The position numbers were made by a program, and so were the translations under genes. Below are positions 11,767 through 24,174 of a stretch of DNA of 64,000 nt, piece by piece. The notes under the pieces were generated by a model. The model was not told the DNA's origin, did no database searches, and saw nothing but the letters and a program-made list of their open reading frames with translations. How positions within the stretch are numbered: position 1 is the stretch's first letter; the number at the start of each line of letters is the position of its first letter. This stretch comes from Eledone cirrhosa (taxonomy: Eukaryota), in the NCBI GenBank assembly GCA_964016885.1, contig OZ024740.1, forward strand, positions 340,876,001 through 340,940,000, given 5' to 3'.

Positions 11767-14700
11767 TCATCATCATCATCATCGTTTAACGTCCATCTTC
11801 CACGCTTGCATGGGCTTGGATGGGAATTTTCCCACTTGAGGCAAGATTGGTTGTCTTGCTCGTATAGGACTGTCTGGCGGGTTTTCTACGGCTGGATGCC
11901 CTTCCTAACACCAATCACGTTTACAGAGTGGACTGGGAGGTTTTTACCGTGTTACCTACACGGCCACATTACAGCGTGGACTGTGTGTTTTTTTGTCGTG
12001 ACACGTACACGACCTCATTTATTTCGGACTGGATGTTGTGGTACCAACATAACTTTACATTGAAAGGGGTGGTGTGGATGGGTGGGGGTAGTGGGACAGG
12101 GGTGTATTTTTGTTAAGAGGTGCCTACTGACTGTAGGTTTCGCTTTGTACTTAGGCAAGGCAGGTCTTCTGTATTACTGTGTAGCGCCAAAGATCTTGGT
12201 CCAGTGACATTGTCTTGGAGAGGTGTAAGTGTGTGAGGTCGAAATTTATCAAGTCGCCCCAGGTTTTTCTGGGTCTGCCTACTTCGTGGCTACCGTCTTT
12301 TTTTATCGCCCTGCACTTTTTTATACAGCTGTCGTCTTTCATGCGCATCACGTGACCATACCAACGTAGTCTTCTCTCGAGTAAACAACATCTGATCCCT
12401 CTTATTCCTAATTTCTCCCTTAGTTCATTTATGCTTTGCCATTCACGTATATTACTATTACACATCCAACGGAGCATGCAAGCTTCGTTCCTCTCCAGTC
12501 TGCATATATCCTCTGCACACAAGAGAAAAACCTTTAGCGGCCAATAGTGGTATAAGCTCTCTGAACTTTTTCCATCTCGTTCTGACTCTAGCTACTGTAA
12601 TTTCAGAGCACACTCCAGCACTGCTAATTTTGTCAGGTAACGGAAGGTGTCCACTATTTCTATAGAACCATCTGTGCAATGGAATGAGCTAGTATTCTGT
12701 GGGCACTTGCTGATACTTATTGCACCTGAGCACCGGCCACATATAAAATCTATATTCTTAGTTAGCTTACCTGTGATCCCACTACATCTTTTATGCACCC
12801 ATACTTTGCATTTGGGACATAACATGGAATTTCTGCCTACTCCTTTCCTACACACTGAGCATGGCCATTCCCAGATGCGACCGGTGCCCTAGTTTCCTTC
12901 CTACAAACTAGAACTTTAGTCTTAGACAGGTTAATTTTAAGGCCTTTTGATTCTAGGCCATGCTTCCATGTTTGGAATTTCTTCTCTAGTTCAGCCATTG
13001 ATTCAGCTATGAGCATTAGATCATCCGTGTATAGGAGTTCCCATGGGCAGCCGGTCTTGAGCTCCTCTGTTATAAACTGGAGGGCAATAATAAATAGGAG
13101 GGGGCCAAGGACGGAGCCCTGATGAACACCAACTTTTACGCTAAACTCTTCACTATATTCGTTGTTAATTCTAACCTTGCTGACTGTTTCTTTATACATG
13201 GCTTGTATAGCTCTCACAAGCCATTCATCAACCCCTAGTTTTCTGAGAGCCCACCAGATAATGGGGCGTGGGACTCTGTCAAAGGCTTTCTCCAAGTCAA
13301 CAAAAGCTATGTATAGGGGTTTACTTTTAGCTAGGTACTTCTCCTGTAGTTGTCATACAATGAAAAGAGCGTCTGTGGTACTTTTACCTGACACACACCC
13401 GAACTGCATTTCATCTAGATCAATTCGCTCTCTGATTAGTTGCGCTATTGCTTTTTCTGTGACCTTTATGACCTGGTCAATTAATTTAATGCCTCTATAC
13501 TTTCCCCTATCTAGGGCATCTCCTTTACCCTTGTAGCAGTTAATGATAATGCTGCTACGCCAGTCCTTCGGAATGACCCCATTCTGTATGACTTGGTTTA
13601 CTATCCGGGTGACCATAGTGTGTCTCACCGTTCCAGATGCTTTCAGCATTTCAGCAACTATTTCCGAAGGCCCAGCCGCCTTGCCTGTCTTCATATCTTT
13701 GATCGCCTTACTTATTATACTACCTTCAACTTGCACTGCTGGTCCCTCTATTGGATCGATGTGGGGGAGACTGTCTTTCTCCCATTTATTCTCCTCATTT
13801 AGTAGCCTTTCGTAGTGACACTTCCAAGCTACCTTCTTATCAGCGTCTGTGATGGCAAGTACACCATCATCATTAAGGACGCACTTCTCCCCGACAATAT
13901 CACGGTTTTCCTTGACACATTGCCTAGCAATCCTGAACACCTCACGTTTTTGGTCCTCGCGTTGTAGAATATGCTTGAACTTTCTTTCCTCTGCTTCCCT
14001 TCTTGCGAAGTACACTTGTCTCCTAGCTTGCCTCCTGGCCACTTGATACTTTTCTCTACTTCCCCCATCCCGCCATACTTTCCAAGCCTGCTTTTTGGCC
14101 TTGATTGACTCCTCCACCTTACTGTTCCACCACCAAGTTACTCTCCTCCTGCCTATAGGTCTGCTCCAGCCACAGATTTCATCTGTCGCCTTCAGCAGGT
14201 TAGCTTTCAGAAATTCCCACTGTTCCTCTATATTGTACGACTCTAATTGCTCTTCCTTACTATCAAAAGCATCAAGTAATATGCTTTTAAATTTATTACT
14301 GGTTGTGGGGTCCTTTAGCTTCCATATTTTTCTCCTGAGGATAGCCCTCCTCTGTTGTTGAGTACATCTCGTCCTGACTATAAGGTCGCTAATTATGAGT
14401 CTATGTTGGGAGGTGCATTCTTTATGGGGGAGGGATTTAGTGTTTACAACAGACACTCTGTCACGTCTTCTGGTAAGGATATAATCTATCTGGATAGTGT
14501 GTTCCCCTGATCTATAGGTGATCAAGTGATTGTCTCGTTTTTTGAAGTTAGTGTTACAGATAGTTAGGTTATTTGCGTCACAGAATTCCAGGATTCTGGA
14601 GCCTTCCTCATTTCTAGTACCAAACCCATAGCCTCCATGGATTCCGTCATAGCCGTCACAACGTGACCATTTAGGTCACCAGCGATAATTATGTAGTCAC

Positions 14701-14815
14701 TGTCGGTTATTTGGGAGGTAGTGAGCATTAACGACTCATAGAATCTGTCTTTTATAACACCAGGCAGTCCGGATTGGGGTTCATATGCAGATATTATTGT
14801 CACAGTAGTTCTATT
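11767..14815 (-). mobile_element. 5'-truncated RTE-clade LINE (APE C-terminus, RT, PHD-like finger), frameshifted
   Basis: ORFs 14564-14863 (SAYEPQ, AGDLNGHV), 13353-14525 (QIDYIL, YKGKGD, YRGIKL, QFG), 12837-13295 (EKAFDRVP, GVHQGSVL, YTDD), 12592-12855 (Cys/His finger) and 12151-12522 (RRLRWYGHV, GRPRKTW). About 380-nt 3' UTR ending GGACGTTAAAC(GAT)n. Confidence 0.95.
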
Positions 14816-16511
14816 TGGAGAGAGAGGAAGGGATTGAGAGAGAACCAGCAGGCGCGTATACAATATATAGGGGTGGGGGTGAAGAATAGTAGGGAGCAGA
14901 GAAGGTTATTTTATAAAATCCTAGAATTTCGGCCATAATTAAACGAACGAGAATGTTGACCCCAGGCTAAACAATGACTTGTGAGTGAACTTGATACATA
15001 GAAGTTTGAAGGAAGTCCACCGTATGTGTGTTGTTTGTGTGTACACCAGTCACTGTAAACATCATATCTTCACAATTTATCAAAAGCCAATCGTGACATT
15101 ATGTCTTCCATAAACAATAAGTCCTGCAGAGTAGTAGTTGGGCATTAAGAAGAGTATCCAATCAAAGAAAACCTGCCAAAAAATGTCTTGTTCCAACCCA
15201 TACATGAAAAAAGGATGATAGTGATGATGGTGATGATATATATGAGGGAATATTCCAAATTTCTTGATCTCACAGTAGAATAAGCAATAAGGCTGAAACA
15301 CAACAAACCTTGTTCTTTGAAGTCATAACAATAATAAGGGAGAATTATGTCATCCAGCCTTTAGTGATCTCTTTTCAAAATGTTGAAAATTGAGCACAGG
15401 GCAGTCATCAAATTTATCACCAAGTAAGGTGTTTACATGAGCTATTCCACTTTCTTTAGCCCTGTACAAAAATTGCATGCGCTGTTTGAAGATGATGAAC
15501 AATAATCTAATTATTGATACATCACCATGTTTCATCCTTCCAATGGAAAAGTGAGTCTAAGATGCCTTGATTTCATCATAATGTTTTCTAATGGCTGCTT
15601 TACTACAGCAATGAGTCACCACTTTTATTGGCAAGCTGATACTATATGCTGGTCATAACTCTAGTACAGAGCTAGATCAAATACTGCAAAGCAATTCGTC
15701 TGACTCTTTAACAATTCCAGCAATCCCAAATCCATAGACTGGTACTTTCCGTATCCACTTTGAACAGATGAAAAGCCAAGTTGAAGTTGGCAGGATCTGA
15801 ACCCAGGGTGCAGTAAGTCAGAATAAATACCAAGGCAAGGGTTTATGTGGCGAAATCAACATTTCTCTGCATTTCGCATAGGAATAGGGTACACAAAAGG
15901 TGGGGAGCAAAACTTCTTTCATCAATTCAAAAATAGCTAAGAATGGAATGTTGCAAGGAGTTTGGGGATCTGTTAAGGCAAAGAATTGGATGCTCCTTAT
16001 TCTATTATTAACTGGAAATGAAACTTTTGTCCTGTATTATGATTCTCTGTCCAAGAGAGACTCGAAGGAGTAGCAGACTTATTCCAGGATGTTGAACCTC
16101 ATGAAGGAGACACACAACCACAAGACTTAAGTATGTAGACAGGACACATCATACATATAAATACACACATGAAACTGTGAATGCAGTCACACAAAAACAA
16201 TCAAAACATACGATAAATACACATACATACATACTAACACAATACATAGATACAGACACACACACACCTAATAGCAAATGTACATGCCATAGACAATTAA
16301 ATACATGTGGAGGAATAAGTTTAGCAATTATGAACAGATACATCAAGTTCTTTTTTATATTTAACTTTCGTTTATTTCTGAGAAATAATATGAGTTTTCT
16401 TTCATTTAAAAATATATTTTACTTTTTACTTTTGTTATTTCTACTTTTCCACTTGTTACTTTCACATTTTACCATCACATTTTTAGCAGAATAAAATAAA
16501 AGTTAACTATA

Positions 16512-17086
16512 TCTATATATATAAAACTGTGTGTGTGTGAGTTTGAATCTCTAAAACTAGAGAAGCACCCAACCGACTGTTTTCAAACTTTACACATGTA
16601 ATACTTATGTTTCAGGGAGTGTTCTGAGCAAAAAAAAATTCAAATTTTCAATGCCCTAGGGACCGCATTAGGCGATTTAGCGATCTCTCTCTATAATTCT
16701 TAGTCTTTCTCTTTTTAGATAGATACATACATATAACGTCGCGTCCTTATAAATATCTGTCTGTATGTCTGGCTGTCTGCATTACGTCACTTCCTACAAT
16801 TCGCTCTGCGTCCAGAACGCGCCCTTATAATATCTGTCTGTATGTCTGTCTGCTGCCTCTGGTTATTCTGCCACCCTTGCTCAAGACAAATCTCACACTC
16901 ATTCCCCAAACAGTTGGTAAGTGCACACAACTTCTTCCTCGCGTTTTAAGCCACAGTGTTGCTTACTCACGTACCACCAGACCCTTACTTCTTTGCCAGC
17001 CGTGGTTGTGGCAATACTAAGCTTAGCTAAGGCGGTTATATATTTTACAATACATTATCCCGTGCAACGCCGGGTACCACTACTAG
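16512..17086 (+). mobile_element. Non-autonomous Helitron
   Basis: A|TCTATATATATAAA 5' end, 3' hairpin CCCGtgcaacgcCGGG then CTAG|T, no TSD. Confidence 0.75.
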
Positions 17087-17529
17087 TAGGTTATATATGT
17101 ATGTCTACTATGCTATTGAAACAAAAGCAAAATTTAAAGAAGTAAAAAAATATCTTGTTATCTCAATAAAAAACAATGCAATTGAAATAATTGTTTCTAC
17201 TTTAGGCACAAGGCCAGCAATTACCCAGTGCATTACTGGTACTTTATTTTATCGACCCCGTAAGGATGAAAGGCAAAGTCAACCTCGGCGGGATTTGAAC
17301 TCAGATTGTAAAGGGACGTAACTATGCTGGAAAGCATGGTGTCTGACCCTCTACCGATACTGCCAATATTGAAATAATGAAGTCATACAGAATTTCCATA
17401 ATTTTCATTCAACAAATTGACCACTAATTCAATATATTAAAATATATTTTGATTAGCAGAATCAGTAATACTGGTGGAATAGTATACTTTTATTCTTTTA
17501 TTTGTTTCAGTCATTAGACTGCAGCTTTG

Positions 17530-17582
<53 letters not shown>

Positions 17583-17586
<4 letters not shown>

Positions 17587-17985
17587 TTGGTGCTCTGAAA
17601 TAGCGATATATATATATATGAATGTATATATAGTGTATTTTGCAATACACTGTATGCTTAATTAAAAGCATTTTGAAGACCTTACGCTATTGCTTTAAAG
17701 TAGCGACAATGTCACTTACTTCAATTTTGAGAGCAAACAGGGGAGATAAGCTGACAGAACTGTTTCGTTCTTGTTGGTACTTATCAAAGCTCACCACTCC
17801 TCCTGTTTGCCGAAAATTATGAATGTTGGATTTTTATAGAATTCCAGTAAATAATCAGGAACTGATTATACAGAGTGGTTGCCGGTCCAGCAAAAATTGA
17901 AAATAAGAATTGGTGCTCTGAAATAGCCATATATATATGAATGTATATATAGTGTATTTTGCAATACACTGTATGCTTAATTAAA
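17583..17985 (-). mobile_element. Retrozyme-like element: 323-bp monomer plus about 80-bp terminal redundancy, carrying the HHR
   Basis: Direct repeats at 17583-17666 and 17906-17985 are near-identical (one substitution and a TA-run length difference). There is no convincing ORF, there are many hairpins, and it sits next to a (TA)n tract. Confidence 0.6.
17733..17810 (-). ncRNA. Type I hammerhead ribozyme, U3-A8 core variant
   Basis: Minus strand: GCAAACAGG-a-GGAG-ug-GUGAGCU [UUGAUAA] GUAC-caacaa-GAAC [GAAA] CAG-uu-CUG [UC] AGCUUAU-CUCC-CCUGUUUGC. All three stems form. Predicted GUC cleavage falls between 17753 and 17752. Confidence 0.8.
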
Positions 17986-18909
17986 TCTTAATTCCATTTT
18001 CCATATTTAACTTATAATGCATTGGTTAAGCCAAGGCTGTAATAGAAGACATTAGCCTAAGTTGCCATACAGTAGGACAGAAACCATGAGGTTGTGAAGT
18101 GAACTCCTTAATCACACAGTCAAGCATGTGCTTTAAAATTTTGAAATATTTTAGCAAACAGTGAAATTTCAGATAAAACAATAAAGAAATGCATCCTATA
18201 AGCATTTATTTAATGTAAATCTGAAAATTACAAAGCAGCACTGAAATAGAAAAATATCTACTGGTAGAGTTTAGCTTTTATAAAATATGCCAATAACTTA
18301 ATTCATTGAATAAATTTATTATGGAGTGATCAATAATAACCCTTTAGCATTCACACTACTCTTTATCTCACATAATATTGATCTATGAGATTTTGATATT
18401 TATTTTGAGAACAATACTTTAACATCAGTATGGGTGGCCAATTACAGCCAGTTTCAACAGAAAGAGGTGAGAGAATTATGGTTGGATACACCAAGATGAT
18501 ATCTTTGAATAGGGCGGAAAATACCTCAGGCAAAAACTATAAGAGAGAAGTAAGAAAATGTGAAGAATTGAGGTGTATTTTTTTGAAGAATGAAAAGGTG
18601 GTCAAAAAAATGTTCATTTCATGAGGAGTGAAATATCTCAAAAACACAAGGAAAAAAATGACAATGAAGTTTGTTTCAGTTGATGATGATACAATGATGA
18701 TACAATTATGTGCTCTCACCTGTTTGTGGGTGGAAACCAAAAATGTTTTTGCATGTACCTTCATCATCATCACTGTTTAACGTTTATTTTTCATGCTTGC
18801 ATGGGTTAGATGGGTTGCCATGTTATCAGACAAGTCAGGTCAGGTGACCACGTTTTGCTCATACGGAACTGTTTCTGGCTTTGTTTCTACAACTGGATGC
18901 CCTTCAATG

Positions 18910-19232
18910 CATGGACTGGGTGCTTTTTGCCTTGTCATCAGCAAGACCACCTACAGGATGGACTGGGTGCTTTTTGTTGTGTCACCTGCATAACCACCTT
19001 ACAGAATGGACTGGGTGCTTTTTGTCATGTCATCAGCACAAACACCTTACATGATAAACTGGGTGCTTTTTGTCATGTCATCAGCCAGACCACCTTACAT
19101 GATGGACTAGGTGCTTTTTATCATGTCACCAGCACAAATACCTTATAGGGTGGACTGAGTGCTTTTTGTCAAATCACTAGCACAACCACCTTATAGACAG
19201 GATTGGGTGCTTTTTGACATGGCAGCAGAACT
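18910..19232. repeat. 47-48-bp minisatellite, about 7 units
   Basis: Unit approximately ATGGACTGGGTGCTTTTTGTCATGTCATCAGCACAACCACCTTACAGG, embedded in an RTE-tailed element starting at 18762. Confidence 0.85.
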
Positions 19233-19832
19233 GTGGGAGAGCAAGTGTGGAGCATATCCAGCTCTTTGCTTTATTTATTGTTTCCTTACTTTTAGACAAA
19301 TTTTTATTTGTCTTTTTTGTATAACATCCCTGACTCCTCAGTTTTGTAAAATTTTATCTTGTCTCTCTCCATGCACATTTCGGTACCCCTTCAATTTTTA
19401 ATGTTTTGTGTAATTGTATGTATCAATGATGATTCATATAATTGTCCTTTGTTGATATCATCATTATCATCTTTATTATTATTCACACAAAGTGCCTTAC
19501 AGTATCTAGGTATAGCTATTTACCTTCTGGGTTCTAATGTCACCAAAGTCATAGTTAAAGCATTGGACAAAATACCTCACAAAATTTATTCCAGCTCTTT
19601 ACTTTCTGAGTCCAAACCCTGCCATGGTCAACCTTGCCTTTGATCCTTCCAGAGTTGATAAAATACGTACCAGTCAAATACTGGAGTCAATATAATTGAG
19701 TTCCACTCTCCTGATTGATGGCTTTGTGCCAAAATTAGAAAGCATTATTGTTATTATTAATCTTATTTTTATTGTATGCCGTCGCTGTATTACCAAGCAC
19801 AGTTCTATGCACCTTGAATATGTCCAGCGCTT

Positions 19833-20030
19833 CGGTGGATTGGCAGTTTTGGTAGAGGGTCGGACACCATGCTTTGACACATAGAGTTACAGTCCTTGCC
19901 ATTCTGAGTTCAAATTCCGCTGAGGTTAACTTTGCATTTCATCCTTACAGGGTTGATAAAATAAAATACCAGTAATGTACTAGGTAATTGCTGGCCTTGT
20001 GCCAAAAGTAGAAACAATTATTATTATTAT
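19833..20030 (+). mobile_element. Same SINE, full length; others at 17188-17368, 22228-22562, 27551-27655, 30891-31237, 40036-40228, 53930-54125 (-) and 22115-22230, 47740-47860, 55437-55488, 56275-56455 (+)
   Basis: High mutual identity. Several have 11-20 bp TSDs, e.g. ATTGAAATAAT around the 17188 copy. Confidence 0.85.
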
Positions 20031-22113
20031 GTAGCGTTAGAGAAAAATAGAAAGGAAGGAAAGCTGGTAGCTAAGCTAGATGAGGCTATTTATAGTGGCA
20101 TTGCAAATGACGTGCTAGCGGTGAGAATGGCATTAGACCATTTCTTCAATGTAAAACACAAAGGTTCCATTGTCAGAGCTAAGACGCGAGCTCTGAGAAA
20201 CGGGGGAAGCACAGCTGTTCAATGAGCCCGCATGGCAGAGGTGCAGCGTGGTAATAAAACCACAATTCGGTATTTGAAGGACCGAGACGGACATGAGCTG
20301 AATGATTCCAGGTGGACATGTGAACCCTTTCACCAACACTTTGCTCAGTTGTTCGGGCGAGTAGTGGGTCAGAGATGGTAGTAGACTTCAGAACCATTTC
20401 AGATTTCCCAATCGGTCTGTCATGGGTGCCCCCTCTCCTCTCTTCTGTATGTATTGACTCTCGAGCCTCTACTGCGGAAGCTGGAGCTGTTGCAGGGCAT
20501 CCCGCTTGAACTGGGACATGGAAGGGCTGTGTCGGCTTATGCAGACAACATCACCATGATGGTGTTGGACATCTCTTATTGGCGGAATATGAAAGGTTGA
20601 CAGGAGCAAAACTTAACCCAGAAAAGTCTGTGGGCTTGCAGCTTGGCACCTGGAGAGGCATGTCCATACCACCCAACAGCATCGTTGGGACTGGATGGAC
20701 AGACTGGTAAAGTTGCTCGGAGTTTGGTTCGGACTAGACCTCCAGGTGGACAAGAATTGGGACAAGGTGATGATCAGGGTAGCCAGTCTCACCCAGAAAT
20801 GGGTTGTGAGGAAGCTGTCACTGAAAGGTCGGGCAGAGGCGGCGATGCATACATAGCATCCATCATCTACTACCGCCTGGCTGTTGTGCCTAGCCCCCGT
20901 CCGCGCCCTGCCAAGTTGGAACGGATCCTCTTCAACTTCTTGTGGAGAGGACAGGTTCTGTTGGTGAGGCGATCCATCTGCTGCCAGCACCTTCTATGTG
21001 GAGGGCTGGGTATGCCATAGCTAATGATGCACAAACATGCTTTGAGGCTGCAGCATCTCCAGATATTCTGCCTAAATAGTGAAAAGGTGTGGTTGCCATT
21101 TGTCAGACGGGCCTTTCCGCAGCTTGTCTCTTAGACTGAGCTGCAGTCCTAGGTCAAGAAGAGACCGAGAGTGGTATCTGGAATGTTGCCAAGCACTTGC
21201 TGCTCTCTACCAGGTGGGAAATGCAGTCAGTGGAACTTCCACTCTTGAGTTCTATAGAGGATTAGTAGTGGGCAAGTGCGACAACGCACTTGGAGAGTCT
21301 CTGGGCATCGACAAAGTCGAAGTGACCAGTCTGTTCCGGAAAACTTTCGAGCTGGGGACGATGGATAACTTCCAGAAATCCCTCGCTTGGCAGTGCTACT
21401 GGGAGGCACTGCTGGTTCAAGATAAACTCTACAGGCACGGAAGTGCTGGCAGACGGACCTGCTCGAGATGCGCACAGAGCAACGAAACTGTTCAGCATGC
21501 ACTCATCCAGTCTCCATAAATTACTGATTTGTGGAGTTATGTCGAACAGCTGTTGTCAAGTGTAGAATGGATCCGGCTATCGACCAAGTCCATAGTGAAA
21601 ATTGACCCGCCACCTTCTTTTGGCCAGGAAGGGCAGGCAATTTTCCTGTCTGGTGGCAGCTGTGAAAGAGTTTGTATGGTGGACCAGGTTGAAAGGACTG
21701 AAGACAGACACTTTTCTCTTCGGCCAATCCCCCATCAACTTCTTCAAGTTTCACTTGGAAAGGAAGGTGAGGGTGAAGAGAGAAGTTCTGCCCCCCAGTA
21801 TATTTGCTAAAAGGTGGATGAATGTGGCAAGAATGGCCCATATGAGTGGGCCTACTCTAACCATGCGCTTGTAGGGTGGTTCAGGATTGGAGGGGTACCT
21901 GAGTCACCCCTGGGTGGTTCACACCACACCCCCCTATTGGAGAATTTATTTTGTTATTTTTATACATAGTATTTTTATGTTTTCATTGTTAAATTGGTTT
22001 TGTTATTGTGCATTTTTACTCGATCTTATTGTAAATCTCTACTGTCCGTGTCTTTGTATTGTCCCCTACATGTCGGCCCTTGTGGCCAATAAATGAAGAA
22101 TTATTATTATTAT
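20031..22113 (+). mobile_element. 5'-truncated L1/Tx1-clade LINE, frameshifted
   Basis: HGCPLSSLLYVLTLEPLL, AYADNI, LFNFLW..GGLGMP and the C-terminal knuckle CSRC..ETVQHAL. AATAAA followed by (TTA)n, with (TTA)n on both sides. Confidence 0.9.
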
Positions 22114-23138
22114 TCGGTAGGGAGTCGGATAACATACTTTGCAGCATATAGTTACAGCCCTATAAGTTCTTATTCAAATTCTGCCGAGGTTAGTTTTGCC
22201 TTTCATCTTAACATGATAGATAAAATATAATTGTTTCTAATTTAGGCACAAGGCCAGCAATTACTGGTACTTTATTTTATCGACCCCCGTAAGGATGAAA
22301 GGCAAAGTTAACCTCGGCGAGATTTGAACTCAGACTGTAAAGGGACGTAACTATGCTAGAAAGCATGGCGTCCAACCAGATAAAATATAATTGTTTCTAC
22401 TATTGGCACAAGGCCAGCAATTACCTAGTACATTACTGGTACTTTATTTTATCGACCCCGTAAGGATGAAAGGCAAAGTTAACCACGGCGGGATTTGAAC
22501 TCAGAATGGCAAGGACCGTAACTCTATGCGTCAAAGCATGGCGTCCGACCCTCTACCGGTACTACCAGTTAATACACTGGAGTCAATTTAATCGACTTTT
22601 CCCTCCCAAAAAATTGCTGGCCTTGTGTCTAAACCAGAAACCATTATTAACACAAAAAGAGAAGACGGAGTAAATTCTGGAAAGCAACCGAGCTGATTGT
22701 CATTGTTGGTATTGATAAGGTAAAATAAATTTATGAAGAAGCTATGGCAGAAAGAAGCAGTTGTTGCTTCAATATACACAGTATCATGACATTTGAGAGA
22801 TAAGGAAAGTAAGCAGCCAGCCAGCTGATGGGATTAGATTTTCCTCTATTGGAACAATGGTGGCAATTGGTATGCAGCTGTATGACAATGTTGGAGAATG
22901 GAAAATGCTTCGGGAACAGTGAAAGGACTCCACTAAAATCACTGAAAAGCTACTTAGTAAGAGAGAAAAAGAAAAATTATAGAATAATACGGAATAAGAT
23001 TATATTCTGTATCCCGAGAGCAGCTTTTATCCTTTTGGAAAAGCAGAAATGAAAGAGTTTGTGTGAAATGAAATACACACACATATATATGTCACACACT
23101 CTCTGTATATATGTGTGTGTGTGTGTGTACATATATGC

Positions 23139-23183
<45 letters not shown>

Positions 23184-24119
23184 TATATATATATATACAT
23201 GCGTGTGTATATGTTGTTGCAAGGGAAAACTTAATATTATATTTATTGCTCGTTAGCAGTTTTGTTACAGCAAATATTAATTCTAGATTTGTTGAAAAAT
23301 AGAACACACTTTACAAACAGTCACACAGAGAGAGAGAGAGAGAGAGAGAGACGAACAAGGAAGGAATTGGTGCTGCAATGTCGATCCGATTAGATAGCAG
23401 TCTCCATATTGAATACATAAACAGTAAGCGAAAAGTGTAGGTATAATTTATGAAAATTGAGTGCTACAGCTTCTTATGGGAAAAAAAAAACGTTCAAGCG
23501 AGTAAAGCAGGTTTTAACTTTCAAAACCTTCTACCCCTGTACTTTGCCTCCTTTCTTTCTTTTTCTCCTTCTTTCATACAGAGGTGCCATCATTCAGCAG
23601 CAGAGATATTTCCCCATTTAAGTGATCACAGCCCCAATTTCTTTGCAGAGCTGTTGAGTGGCAACAGTAAGTTTGTCTGTCATCAAAATGAAAAGACAGA
23701 GAGACAGACAGATGGTGGCAGGAGTCAACTAACTTACATTCAGCCTTCAATCATTTTACTATCATACTTACACCTTTACACGCAGCACATAATTTACGAG
23801 TCACTAGAGCTACATGTCCGTCTGTTTCTTGGTTCAAATACCATCCGGCATACATAAAACAAATAACAGGAATATAGTCAATGGAAGAATATATTTTCCT
23901 TCCTCTCAAAACTGGCCTCCAGCCAACCTATGTATGAGACTACTACTACTACTAATTAACTACTACTACTACTATTTCTTTTTCAGGAAAACCGCGATGA
24001 CAGGATTCGAGCGCATACTAAATAAGACTAAAGTAGAAAATTGTTGAAGAATGTATACCTAACAATCTATGTGTATGTACGTGTGTATATCTATCCATCT
24101 ATCTTATCACACACACACA

Positions 24120-24157
<38 letters not shown>

Positions 24158-24174
24158 GCGTGTGTGTGTGTGTA

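Noticed and set aside
17862-17935. Opposite-polarity HHR in the retrozyme-like unit (CTGATTA...GAAA), which would be viroid-like
   Set aside because: G8 is not retained, the CTGATTAT stretch is sequestered in a hairpin, and there is no clear stem I.
18910-19232. CRISPR-like array
   Set aside because: The whole 48-bp unit repeats, there are no unique spacers or cas genes, and the context is a eukaryotic retroelement.
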